The notes below the pieces were generated by a model, which did no database searches, was not told the origin of the DNA, and saw only the letters and a list, made by a program, of their open reading frames with translations. 64,000 nucleotides of DNA from Lingula anatina (taxonomy: Eukaryota; Animalia; Brachiopoda), in assembly GCA_051362555.1 (NCBI GenBank), contig CM120648.1:10908587-10972586 (forward strand), in the 5' to 3' direction. The position numbers and the translations under genes are program-made. Positions 43,528-57,000 of the stretch are shown in pieces. Within the stretch, counting starts at the first letter, position 1. Each line of letters starts with the position of its first letter.

Positions 43528-46500
43528 TTAAAAGCAGTTTATCAAAGACAAAATTTTCACAATAGTAAACCCTTGCCCATAAGCAATAACTGACTTGGCA
43601 AAAGCTTTAGTCACACCTTTGAGTTGGACTCAGTGGTCAGAAAATTAAGTTTCGGTATAGGAGACCCCAAAGAATAAGTAAGCAAATTGAATTATTAATT
43701 AAGTTGGCTTGGTAATTTAGATGGCTATGGAAAAAACAAATATTGTCTATTTGTGTGTGTGTGTTAAAAATTTTTATATATCTTATCTATTTCACTACTA
43801 TTTGCATGTGTCAACAAGTTGAAACAGAACAGAAGCTAACCTCTTTACTACGGTTGAGGGGTTTACATTTATAAAACATGGGTTGTACTATTTGCATCAT
43901 TAGAAATTGGTCATTGAGAAATAGTTTTGCTAGCAGAAATTATAAAAACCTCAGTACTTGATAATTTGACACAATACCCAAATTGCCCCATATATAAAAT
44001 GACACTAAAAATCCCCCAATTTAATACAATTTACCTCAAAACAAAAGCCTTACACATAAAAATGTCTCAATTTACTATGACTCACCCTGAACCACCAGAA
44101 TTACAACATTATGAACACCTTTGCCTTCCAAAAAGATGTGTGTTCACCAGTCTTGGAACATAGTATATAAAGGGCAATGTGATTTGCTAATGACTCAAGC
44201 TGAAATAGTTTACCCATCTGGAAGTCTGATTAAAATCTGGCACCAGGGCTTCAAGGTTTTTTTTTTCATTTTTCAACTTTCTGTTCTTTCAAATAGAGCA
44301 TGCTACAACTGAATACAGTAACATGCAAAACAATAGTCAGAGATGTTCACTTGTACCAATGACATAAATTTGGTATTGGGCTGTGACCCTTGCTTCTCTC
44401 ATTTAACCTTTTTGACTTTATAAACTTTATAGATTATAGAATCCTTTACATATAAATGTGCAAATTTGACTGCAAATGACTAGAAATTATCATTTATACA
44501 TTTTCAGGTCCCAGAGAGTGATGTGCACCTTCTTTAATGCCAGTCAAAAATGCAGAAAAGTTAAAGGGGCCATTCAGAATATATGATCTGAGTACCAACT
44601 GATCCGCCGATTAAATATGGCTGACCACGCTTCAAAAGGGATGCCACTGATTCCATGATGGTCTTCCTGCCTACACAGGCACCATCGCTGCAGGGGCCTA
44701 GCAATCACTTCGGAGCCAAGATTTAATTCGTTTAATGGCGCGTGTGGATACGGGAGACCATCGGGAATCAGCGGCATAACTTTTGAAGTGGAGTCGGCCA
44801 TATTTAGTCGGTGGTTCAGTTAGTACTCGGATCATCTATTCTGAAAATGGCCCCAAAGATTTCCCTGGGTAAACAATCCTGATTGATTGGAAGAATGAAC
44901 CATGGAGCCTTCAATTCTAGCAGCCTGAGATAGTAAACATTCCGGAAATTACTCTAAGAATCATCTGATCTATTTTTACCCAGGCAGTATTTACTCAAAA
45001 GGCTCTTGCATTTTACTAGAAGGTGTGAGGCAGGATGGTAGAATTGGGAATTGTTTTTTGCTGTTGATATTCCTGTTCAATTCTGCCATTGGTTTACATA
45101 TATGACTTTATTACAAGTTTTGTTTTTACACCGATACCTCACAACGCCTACAGACACACACACACATGCATACATGTACATACACGCACACTGACATTTA
45201 CAAACCTGCATATACATACACATGCATGCACACAAATCCATGCATGCACACACACAAACAGATGCACACAGGCATACACACACATACACACACACACACT
45301 TATTACTTAAATTTAACAAATCTCACTGGAAAGAGGCACCCCTTTGGGCTCATAGTTTAAGTGGTCCTTCATTTTAACCTTCCCTTTGTTTTTTCCAAAC
45401 CACAATTTAGTTACTCACACATTCTCATGTGACAGTCCTCATTTTTTTTAAATCAATACATTCATGCTGCTGACATTGCTTAAGGGAAATCATTTCTTAG
45501 GGAAATTCCGTAGTGTTTTTTTTTAAAGAAATATGACTTAGAAAGTATGCAAATGCTACACCCTTCTTCGATTAACGAGTCAAAAGATATATATTCACAT
45601 GACTGTATGGCTCTCACATGCGTAACCTGTCACACGAAAGGAGTGAAAAAATATTTTAAGATTGAAACATGTGCTTACAAAAATTGCACTCTTGCCAAAT
45701 TTTAACCCAGTAGTTTGCTCATATTATTTAAGCAGGTGAAGTTGTTTTCCACTGAGGGCTTTTTTTCTCTAGAAAACTCATTGGCTTCTTACTGTAAACT
45801 GACTCCAAGAATGGCAACATATAAAATATACTTAATATACATCAACCAAATAAGTTAATAAAATAGGTTTTGAATAATAAACAAAAGCTATATGTAGTGG
45901 GAAAATATTCAGTGTATATAAAAACATAACAAATGGTGGATGTATTTTCCTTCAATATTTGGTTAAAATATTTCCCTTAGCTTATATGGTTATTTCACAA
46001 TGATTAAAAAAAATGTTTCCAAACTTATTTGGTTGAGGGAATAAATCTGGGTTAAAGTTAATCAGAGAGGTGCTAGGATAGCACATCAGGTGAGAGAGAA
46101 AAATGCAGCTTACTGACGGAAATAAAAACTGAGCCAACGCCAATAAAAACAACATGGCCCAACTGCTGGCATAGCTGGGCAAATATACCCATCTACTAGA
46201 AAAACACATCAAATTAGGCCAGCTTATTCCATTTTTAAATATGAGGATGGGTTTCAGCTTACCTGCTTAGAAAAAACTGCACTCTGATTAATTTTTAGCA
46301 TGCTTGTGCACAATATCTTGATTCCATTTCATTATTGAACATTTTTGTTATTCATAAAAGAGAGCCCCAAAACTTGCTGCCAAATATTAACATATTTTTT
46401 TCTCATTTTCATCTTTCTTTTTGCACTTATATCCTTTTTCTTTGTAACAAAATGTCCATCCACCAAAAATACTTCAAATGAAGTTACATATCTCCCAAAT

Positions 46501-49500
46501 GATGCGTTTTGAAAAAAAAAAATCTCTTAAAATCCCTACTACGAATTCAAATGTAATAGCCCTCATCTTCAGCCGCTATGAAACCATTCCCAGACTATAT
46601 CGTACTAACTGTGGATCAATCTATCTCCAAGGGGATTCTCGTTAAATTGCAATCAACTTAAGCGGCTTAAATGTCTGCCATGCCTACTGAAGCTGGTAGG
46701 TGGTAATTATTGTTTAGCAACTTCAGTAGGCGTGCCAGACATCTAAGCCATTTAAGCTGAAAGCAATTTAACAAGAAACCCCTTGGAGATGGATCGATCC
46801 TGTTAGATCGAACTAGGTATGGGAACCTAGTCTATCTGCAGTGTTTTAATAGCAAACACCATCAAACTACATGCCTGTGAACTAGTATGCTATTTTAATT
46901 GCTCACATTTTGGGAAAGGGGACTGAAATTGCTTCTACTTCCTCATATGAAAAGTTGGCAGATGTCTGCTGTAGAGCACAAGAAGTGAGAGGGGGGAAAA
47001 GTACGCTAAATACTTGCAGGCCCTTGGAAGAAGACCATCCTATTTTAATCTAAATCAAAATGGTTTTGCTTTTCTGTAGATTTTATCTCAAAGAATTCTA
47101 GAGGAGAATATCCCAAGAAAGAGGTCAAAGGGTAGGGGGTCTGAAACATGTTCCTGAAATATCTCATGGGGGGCTCAATATAAGAATCATGGAATCAGAT
47201 CCAGATGTTACTGAATGACCATACTATAACAATTTCCATTTTCAAATTTTGGTCATGCAGGGCAGATAATTTAGCTCCTCAAAATAATCACAGACTGTAT
47301 GTATATTAACTGAGCCATAATTCCATGATAACAATCTTTTGAAAATGTAAGTATACCTCAAAATATAACTGCCATGTTTAATACAGTTACTACACATCAT
47401 TTTAATCCTTGAGACACAAGACCACTAGGTGATAGCTTTCAAGTGTTTTATACCCAGAGATATATTAGTGTCTCCAAGAACATTTAATCCAGACATAATA
47501 TTTATGGCAGATGAAATCTTCAAAAACACTGTGCACAGTGATAGATGAAAAACAGAGGCCTAGCTACTTTAAAGCCTAGATTGCATTTGAAATGCATTGC
47601 CCGTACGGTACTCGTATACTCGTATACTATATCGTATACTGCCTGTAATACCCTTTTCGTAGGCGTTGGAGCGGAGGTAGACGATGCTTGTGCGAAATCG
47701 CATGGAGTTGAATGGATTTAAAGCCATGTAATGTAGTCATACTTGGCGAAGCCCGTAGCTCCTTACGATTTCAAAAAAAAAATTGTATGGACAATTTCAT
47801 CGCATGGCGCCCGTGTAAATGTAATCTAGGCTTAACTGATGATGTGACTATGTAGTACAAAAGTCTGAATATAAATCCTGATCTTAAATATTTTCACTGC
47901 TGTGAACTTTTATGGGTTCCAACTCGCATATAATCATAAATTTTGCCCAATATCCACTTTACTTACACAGTAGAAAATGAAAATAATATTCAAGTTTTTT
48001 GCTAATTTGTCATAGACTTAGTGAGAATATATTTAGTAATTTATCACAAAAATAATAAATCATATGCTAGCAAGGTCACAGCTGTTTTGTTGTCTTAATT
48101 CACTTAAAGTTACTTAAATTTTATAATTTGTTTAAATTTCACACAAATCAAAGATATGTGACCTATTAACTGAAACAATGTAATAACCCACCATTTTCAT
48201 ATTTTTAAAGTATAAATTAAGTTTCAGCGGTAAATGGTAATTTTAAAATGTTAGTGTCAACAAGCAATATAAAGAGTACTGTAACAGTAATCAAAATATT
48301 TAAAAAATACTCACCACAATTTTCTTCATCTGAATTATCAGCGCAATCTCGATGTCCATCGCACCTTTGGCCTAACGTGATGCATGCGCCGTTATTTCGG
48401 CACCTGAATTCCGTGGAATGACATGTGATGTCTGGTGGTGACTGTGTTGGAAGAATTGGTGCTAAAGAGAACAAAGTCGAGAAGAATAGTAATAATTTCA
48501 TCTTATTTCCAGTACTTGCTTTCTAAAAAGCAGTATTTGTTGTTTTCTGGTACTCCTAGAAAAATCTTGATGCCTAGATGGCCGTCTGCTGGTTTGTTTC
48601 GCTGTCGTCTGCAAGAAACTCAAACAAAATTTGCACAAGAAAGTTCCACTAAGCTTTCTCCCACGAACTCTACCTGTTCCTCTTCAGAAAGTAAATCAAA
48701 AGACTTATATTTCCACTATATAATCTTCTCCCATTGACAAATCATCAAAAACTGAAAACAAAAAACAATTTCATTTTTTCTGCACAGCTAATCCCAGAAC
48801 AATAAACAATGGTGCATCTCCAAGCCCATCAGCAAAAAGTTTTGAAAATAGGGCCTTGAAACAGTTTCCCAAAGTAGGTCTCTATCTCAACTTCCCTGGT
48901 TCAAGTAGCATTTGAGGTAGAGTGTATATCTTATTACTTCCACACCTAAGTGGTTCGGAGGTAGTCCACTACTTCAGAAGGCAGTCCAGTCCACTATTGC
49001 TGCACATCTGTACTACGAGGCTCCCGAGGCGAAAAAAATCCAGGGCCTCACTTCACACTGCCATCAGTAGCTACTGGTTCTGTCCTTAAAGATGTTGTCC
49101 TTCTCTAAATTTACCTGGACAGTAAAAACACGGATTGAGCACAGTGGATTCCTACATTGCCAAGTAATTTGCTAATGACGACTTTGATGAAACAAGCCTC
49201 CAAATAATGTTCCTAAAAATGCTATTCACACTCCAGAAATCTTAAAGCACTTTTTCAGCCCAGGACAAGATTGGACTAGAAATCAGACAACCTCAGAACT
49301 TATAAGATTACTGAGAAATTTTAGTCTCTAAAAGCCATGGGATGGCTGGAAGCATTCTCAGGCATGAAGACGACATACTTGTATTACAATAATGCTCTTA
49401 TGTATTTTGCCAAATTTAAGAACCTTTTCAACCCAGATCACAAATTACCTGACAGCCTATATCACTTAGCCAAAAATATTGCTTCCAATTAACAAAAACA

Positions 49501-52247
49501 TATAGAATTAAATAGCTTAAATGGAATTAACATAAAATTCCACATCTCTAACAACCAGTTTTGACAGTGGGTTGAACTGGTGCCATTTGCACCAAAGAGA
49601 TGCCAGCTTAAATTATGGTTCACCTTTGCCAACAGTTTTACACTTCATTTCTAGGAAATCTGGATTCTTCAAGTAGCAATTCCCATTGTTTCCAGGTGCC
49701 ATTTTCTTGCTGATAATATCATTTTTTAAATTCAAAACATTTTTTCAAATTTTGAGTATTATCATAGAAGTCACCCTACAGCTATGTAAGGAGGCAGAGC
49801 ACTGTTACTGTTACCATGGCAACACCTTAACAATTCTGATGTCATCTAAGCTGAACCAGAACTGGTTAAAATAATTTTTCAAAGTGAATATCCCTTGGTC
49901 TGCTGCTGTGAAACCCTCCGGTGGAGAGCCTCACTTGGCACTGGCTATAAACCAGACTCACCTGTAGCAGACTGAGGCAGGAGAAACTAACAGAACAGTA
50001 ACAATATGGAGTCCTGTCTGCACTCTGTACTTAAACTGCAACCTGTTCACACGTGGTCCAACTTAAAACCATCCGAGGCTCTAATATGCTTAAGTTGATC
50101 AAATTTCGGCATTTTTGATAAATTTGTCTGAGAAACAATGCTCACTTTTAAAATCTATTCAATACTAAAATAAAATATTTCATATTATAAATACTTACAA
50201 TGTTCTCATATATTTCAACATTATTTTATTTCTGTGCTTTATCTTCCAAGCATGGGCATTTTAGGAGGCTACACCATACTGCTGATTTTTATTTAGTGAC
50301 AAGTTTTAGAATTGAAACCGTTCCAACCTGATCCTGTCTGAACTGGCCTTCAGTGTACCAGACCAGTTGCTCCTGGTTATAATAAAGCCCAGTAAATCAC
50401 CTGCCTGACCCATGGCCCTCACCTGTCCATTTAGAAACTATTTCTGGACTTTACTGGTTAAATTAGCTGCTAAATCAGAGGTCACTTTCCTAGGTGCTTT
50501 ACCTAAATAGATTAAATAAATGCTCCATTCAATCCAACATAGATACAAGCAGATTTTGTTCCATACTTATTTTAAATATGCTTTCAGATTATTTTTGCTA
50601 ATTGTTTCCTCAATGATTTAATAGATGCTCAAATCAACACTAATTTAGTTTACAGAACAGACATTTAGATTTCTTAATGGGCTTGTGAAAAAATTGGACT
50701 TTTTTACGTAATTTAACTGATATGAATATAGCAAATTTAAGCAGTTGTTTTTAACTGTTTTCCACATTGTATACATTTTACTTTCAAGATGATTTCGACA
50801 TGGACCAGTAGTTTTCCAAGATCTATCACCATCTAACCTGTCAATTACCATGAACAGTTATCAAACCAAATTGTCTCCTTTCCAGTTGTTTTTCACCAGG
50901 GAAGATTACCTACAACTTTTTTGTTTGAAATATATAAATTAAATAAACCAATTTTAATTCAATGAAATATTTCATTCCCACAAATACTAACGCTTCAAAT
51001 AGTTTTATCTGTTAGATTCAAAATAAAACCTAAAACTTCCAGACATTCTTTGAAACAAAATTTCCAATGCTCCACATATATCATTCTCAAAGGAAAATAA
51101 CACCAACTTAAACTTGAATTCAATTCGGACTTCATATAAATGCTTATCTCCTCATTCAAAAAGAAGCATATTTCCACAATTGTTCCCTAGCTTTCTATAA
51201 AAATTCAAACTGGAGGCAATCACAATTGTTGCCACTTCAGAAAGATACAGATTATTACATAATAATCCTCTATACTGATTATGCATCCTTGTTGATTTGC
51301 TCTATTACTGCTTATCCTTGTGAATATTTGCTCATTTCTTCAATCGCTCCTAATCAACATTCTCCTCGATTTCCATGAATCTTTCACTATAGTTTCTATC
51401 CCAATTGTCAAAAGATTTTCCCACTAATTTTTTCCCAAAACTGCTAGGTTTAAAAGGCCAGTGACAACGTCAAGAACAAGCTTGAAGGTTACCACTCTTC
51501 CTCTGCTCTCTCGTCTTTGCCTTCCCTTCCAACTCCGCAGTGCTCTGCCTACACTGGTTGCCTCCAATAACAGGTTCTGCAATGGCCACCAGGTCTCAGA
51601 AGTTCTGACAAATGTTTCCGTATAGAAAAAAAAAAAAAAACAATTTGAAACACATTTATAATTTTGCTCCTTTTCTATGCAGATCCCTAAACCTGTATAA
51701 TTGTTCTCCATAAAAAATATATATCAAATACCCCTTCATTTTTTTAACATGAACTTTATGAAGCTCTTGCTGCAAATTGTGAAGAAAACATCCTGAATTT
51801 TCAGCTTTTTATATAAACCACCTATCAATTTGCATGATGCATAGCGCCTGGTGTCAGAATTGTGTTTGTGGGCCCAAATATCACTTCATCAACACATAAC
51901 TCCAATAAAGATGACTAAAACGATGGCTGGCTGGCTGCTCACAGTTTAAACAATGGCCCTGATTGAGTTGGTTTATAACCATGAGGCACATCCACAGATT
52001 TTATTGGATGATGAGACGTTATGAGGGTGGGCTTGCTTCTGGCGAAACCTTTCTCAACATTTTCTTTGTCACTTTTTCTGTTGTGACTGATTTATCTTAA
52101 TGGCAAGCAGACTGTTCCCATTTACTCCTTTCTCTTTTTCGCTGTCTGCCAAAATATGATTGTTGGCTCAACGAAACATTATAATAATGAAGTTTGTTCC
52201 TGTCAACATGCTCTTTACCAAACTGAGCCTCTCTCTCACACCCACTT

Positions 52248-52289
<42 letters not shown>

Positions 52290-53194
52290 ATACACATTCA
52301 CAGACAGACAGACACAAACCATTAAGTGCCTTTGCTTCTCCTCTTTCATTCTTTTCCTCCTTTAATCACTCTCTCCTTCTCTCCTCTTTGAACCAATACC
52401 AAAAAAACATACAAACAATGAACAGCCATATGCCCGCCACCACACACCCTTGCCTTCAACCCTGCCACAGAGCTCCCTTACAAGCCCCAGTATGTTTTTT
52501 CAGCATGGTTTCCTCTGTCTGACAACAATGCTTCCAAAGGGAACTGTAGACTCATTGATCAGCCGGTGCTGGAAGTGATTAGATGTGTTTTACATGCTAT
52601 GGTTTAACACCAATTCCTGCAAAAAAGAGGCAATACCTGCCTGTTGGACTCGTAGCATTTTAACACGGCCCTCGCTCAGGAATTGTAAATGTAATTATAC
52701 ATATACATCTCAAGGGCGAGGTCTTAAAAAGTTAGTTGTGGCAGACAAGTATTTGGACAAAAGACTCTCAATTTAAAACAGCAGACATGGCCTAGTGAGC
52801 AAGTGCAGACGTCTGTTCCAAAAATCAACCAACCTTTTTGATGTTATTTTCTACAGATTTTCGCAAAACCGAAAAATACATATGACCATGGATAAATATT
52901 TTTTTCAAATGTTTAAATACACAAATGTTACCCTTTATAAATTTTGTAATTTAAACAGTTTTTGGAACAGAAAGCTAGACACACTGATTGAGTAAGCAGC
53001 TGCCATGTGCTCATGTATATTATACAACTTGATTTGAAAATTATATTAATTAACTGAACACCACACCTGCCGAAATGCATTCAACTGAAATGAAATGATT
53101 ATTTCAAGGTACAGATAGAGAATGTTCCATTAAACAGTCTAGCACAAATGTTGTATCCCCCATTTTATCAATGAATATCTGAATGCTCTTTAAC

Positions 53195-53229
<35 letters not shown>

Positions 53230-53958
53230 ATTTCAATAACTCAACAATAACTCATTTATTCCTTCATTCAAATCTAATGTTACACTCAACAAAGTGCAGA
53301 ACACAACCAATTATCCGGTGGTGCACTTTCCACCATTGCAAAACATATATTTTATTTCAAACCCATAAATCTTTTAACCATGGAAATTAAACTCCATTGC
53401 AAGCAATTTTTCAATTTTTTAATCACCATTCAGGGGTTAGGCACTGACCTTCAACGAGGCCAACAGAAAGTTATGACTCATTCAGACGTAATTAACCTTT
53501 ATGGCAAAATATTCAGTGGAGCTTAAAAAAAAAAAAAACAGGCACAAACTATTTTCCTAACAACACCCTCAAGAGGTTATCATAACTCTCTTAAGTTATC
53601 ACACATTCTGTTCTATTGACATTTATGAAATATTCTGAATGATCTCTTTAACTTCCTCTTTCTTTTGTTTTTCATAATTTGAGTGTACAACTCAACACAA
53701 TCAAGAATCTCACCAAACACATTTTTAAACAACCATTGTTAAAGAATATCCACTTTTCACACCTCACACATTGTTATAATAATCATAGTCTTTGATAAAT
53801 CATGCTGAAATTTTATTTTTACTATTTTTATACTAATGATATGAAAAACAAAACATTCATGCACAATAAGAGAAATAATTTCTGCAGCTGTTCAGTTCGA
53901 AAGTTTAAATAATTGAACAATATAGCCCCCACCTTTCAATATAGAAAGAAGAGGCTAA

Positions 53959-54006
<48 letters not shown>

Positions 54007-57000
54007 TACACACATGCGCACACACACACACACACACACACACACTTTTTTGTACCTCTCTGTCATATACAAATAGTAGTGGTCATCTTACCGGCTACAG
54101 GAATTGGGTCAACCAGGTTGGTGACCTCGTACTCCATGGCTCCCTGAAGTGCATACGTCCTCCTGTCGTATCCTCCCGCGTACAGACCCAGATTCAGAGG
54201 AATATTCTCCGTGATATCATCATCAAAAATCTCCACATTATAATTCCTATATAGCTCGATATCTGAAACACCATCAGCCTGAGTGGCACTGGCAACAACG
54301 CCCCCTGGTGTTGATCGTGGATAATGTATTCCAAGGAAATCGCCTTTTTTGACCTCCCATGCACGGTTTAGTTTAATTTTCTGGTTACCTATAGGAGCTG
54401 GAGGTATTGCCACCTTTTGGAGGAGAACCATGTCTTTGTCCCCTAGCTGGCGCCATATGCCAAGATAAGCTGTTCCAACACTTGTCCCCCTGTATACAGT
54501 CCATTCAGTGACGTAACCATCGCAGGCAAAAGCATTATTTACCATCAGATTTGCCCAATTGTTTCCAAGGCGCGGAAGATCACCAACAGGGCGGCCCGTA
54601 AAAGGCGGGCACGGCCTACTAACACCACCTACAATGAACATGCAAAATCGCAATTCCTCCATATGGACTTTGGGGAAAGTTGTCATTAATGAGCTGCTTG
54701 GCAAAAAAGCATTGCTTTGTTAGTGTCTTGCCATTGTCATGCATAGATGGTTAAGCAGGTAGAATAACTTGACGATACAAACACACATTTTGTTAGCTTG
54801 TTGTCTTAGCATAAAATACATCACTTCAAAATTTTTCAGGAACTGTAGCAAAGCTATATGGCAGGGAGTTTTTATTTTAGCTTATTAAGAGCACAACCTG
54901 CTGTAAAAAAAGTACTCGTAGGCAAAGTAAAGCAAATTCATATGGACGACTTTCAGAGTAAAAAGACATCACAGATCACACCAAAATAAAGAAATATATA
55001 TATATAATAATTCATGCCATGATGTTAATCTTCGAAACAGTCACAGATGGATTTTTTTTCATACTTCACAAGGAAATGGATATCATTAGCCATAATAATA
55101 GCTATATCAGATACTTGATAAAGCACTCGATCATACACAATCATTCATACCATTTCACAGTATCTCCAATATAAATCTATATTCAAACTTACACATAAAT
55201 CATGTCCGTTTGATTCAAACTAGTCACATGAATACCAAATTCACTCAAACACAAACCAAATTCCACAAAACTGGCACCCTTCAAGTAAGGTATGGGCAGT
55301 TTCCACCTTGATACTTCCTCCCTATCCCTATAATGGTTTAAGCCCTTCAGTGTATGAAATTGTTATCCTATTCTGTATACGACTTAATCAGCTAATACCT
55401 TGAGAGCCAGGCCGTTAATTTGTGTTAAAAATTATTTTAATATTTCCATGATGAAATTAAATATAAAAATTATTGTCAGTTTTTTTTTTTTCAGTCACTG
55501 ATAAATATATATAATGTCCATCATCACTGAAACAAAAATTGCAAAATGTTTCGAAAATTCGTTAACAATCTGTACCTCATCAATATGTAACAGACCCAAA
55601 ACAAGTATTTCAGTTAACAACAACTTAACAAAAGCATGATTAAAATCACAATAATGGACTTGACTGAAAAGCAATTTAAAAGAGAACATTAGGTAAATCC
55701 GCCTGAAAGAATTGGTCAAATTATTGGTCTTGTTAAAATTGTGTCAGTTTCTCCAAACAATACACCTACTGCAGTAACTATTCAAGTACCTAGGAATGCA
55801 TCATCTAGCCTTTTTCTTAATGCACCAGACTGCATGCTTCCATTTTACGCTGACAGGGCCTTGATTTTATTTATTTTTCTAACATCTAGAATTGTTTTCT
55901 GCTATTTATCTAGAAACATAGTGCACAAAAAACTCTACCAATGACCCTATAGGCTAGTCTACGTAATCTTTCAACATCACTGTCAAAGTATAACAAATGC
56001 CAAAAAGTAAGAGAACGCGATAAAAAAATGGTAGTATTTTCATAGTGATCTATTTTTTTCAATTCTATCTAAAAATCTGAACTGATAAAATTATGCAAAT
56101 TGGTCTCCTTTAAACCAAAGCATGTTATGTCTACATCTGGGTTTCTTTCTTGTAGAACTAAATTTAAATCATTTTAGTTGCTCTAATATTCTATTCTACC
56201 ACAAAACTGCCCCGGCATAGATTACATACGTAACATTTGGCAAAATCTCTCTTCATTCGAATCTCTACACCAGTAACATTCCTCAGTTAGCTCTTCATAC
56301 CAAAATATTTCAAGCTTTTAAAACAAGCAATAAAAACATTTGCAAAATATTTGGCATGCATGATAAACAAGACAAAGCTATAGTTATTTTAAGACAAAAA
56401 GCATTCACCAAGCAAATTTTGAAATCTAGCAATATTCTTAGATTAATATTGAAATCAAATAGTCAACCTTCACTGGCAGTTGTCTAAAAGCAACCATGCA
56501 CTTCATGCTGCACAAAAGCAAATTAACATATAAAAATGTGTCTATAACACACAAAGCACAAAATTTAGCAAGTTGGCCATTAAAAACCATGTTTCAATAC
56601 CAATATGCAGTGTTTAAAATATAAAATATGGCATAATAGCAATTCCAATGTTTTAATCATATCACTCTACAAAGTTAACAGTGAAATGAATTCAAAAATG
56701 CACACTTTTTTAATTGTTTGCATTGTTTCAAACTTATTTCAACTAATTTGTGGTGAAATAGATGAGTGTTCTTATCATACTTGTACAATCAAGTATTTAC
56801 TGTATATGTAAAGTGTAACTTTCAATCTATAAAACTACAAAATAACTCAGTGCTTGTGATAAAAAACAACTACATTTACAATCCACTGTGAGGCATACTT
56901 CAGTCTCAGTCATTAACAATTTTCTAAATCCAAAACAAAATCCTCATCCATTTTATACAATTACTACAACTGCACTAACAGTGCCATCTACAGTTGAGTC

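Noticed and set aside
45077-45360. Cys/Val- and His/Thr-rich ORFs (also at 52097-52522 and 63443-63807)
   Set aside because: Produced by CA/CT microsatellites
48550-51620. Higher-complexity intronic stretches as a decayed transposon or nested gene
   Set aside because: No sustained reading frame or recognisable motif by eye; would need BLASTX
56468-56483. Micro-exon candidate ttttag|ACAACTGCCAGTGAAG|gttgac with upstream TGC motifs
   Set aside because: 16 nt is not frame-preserving and the donor is weak
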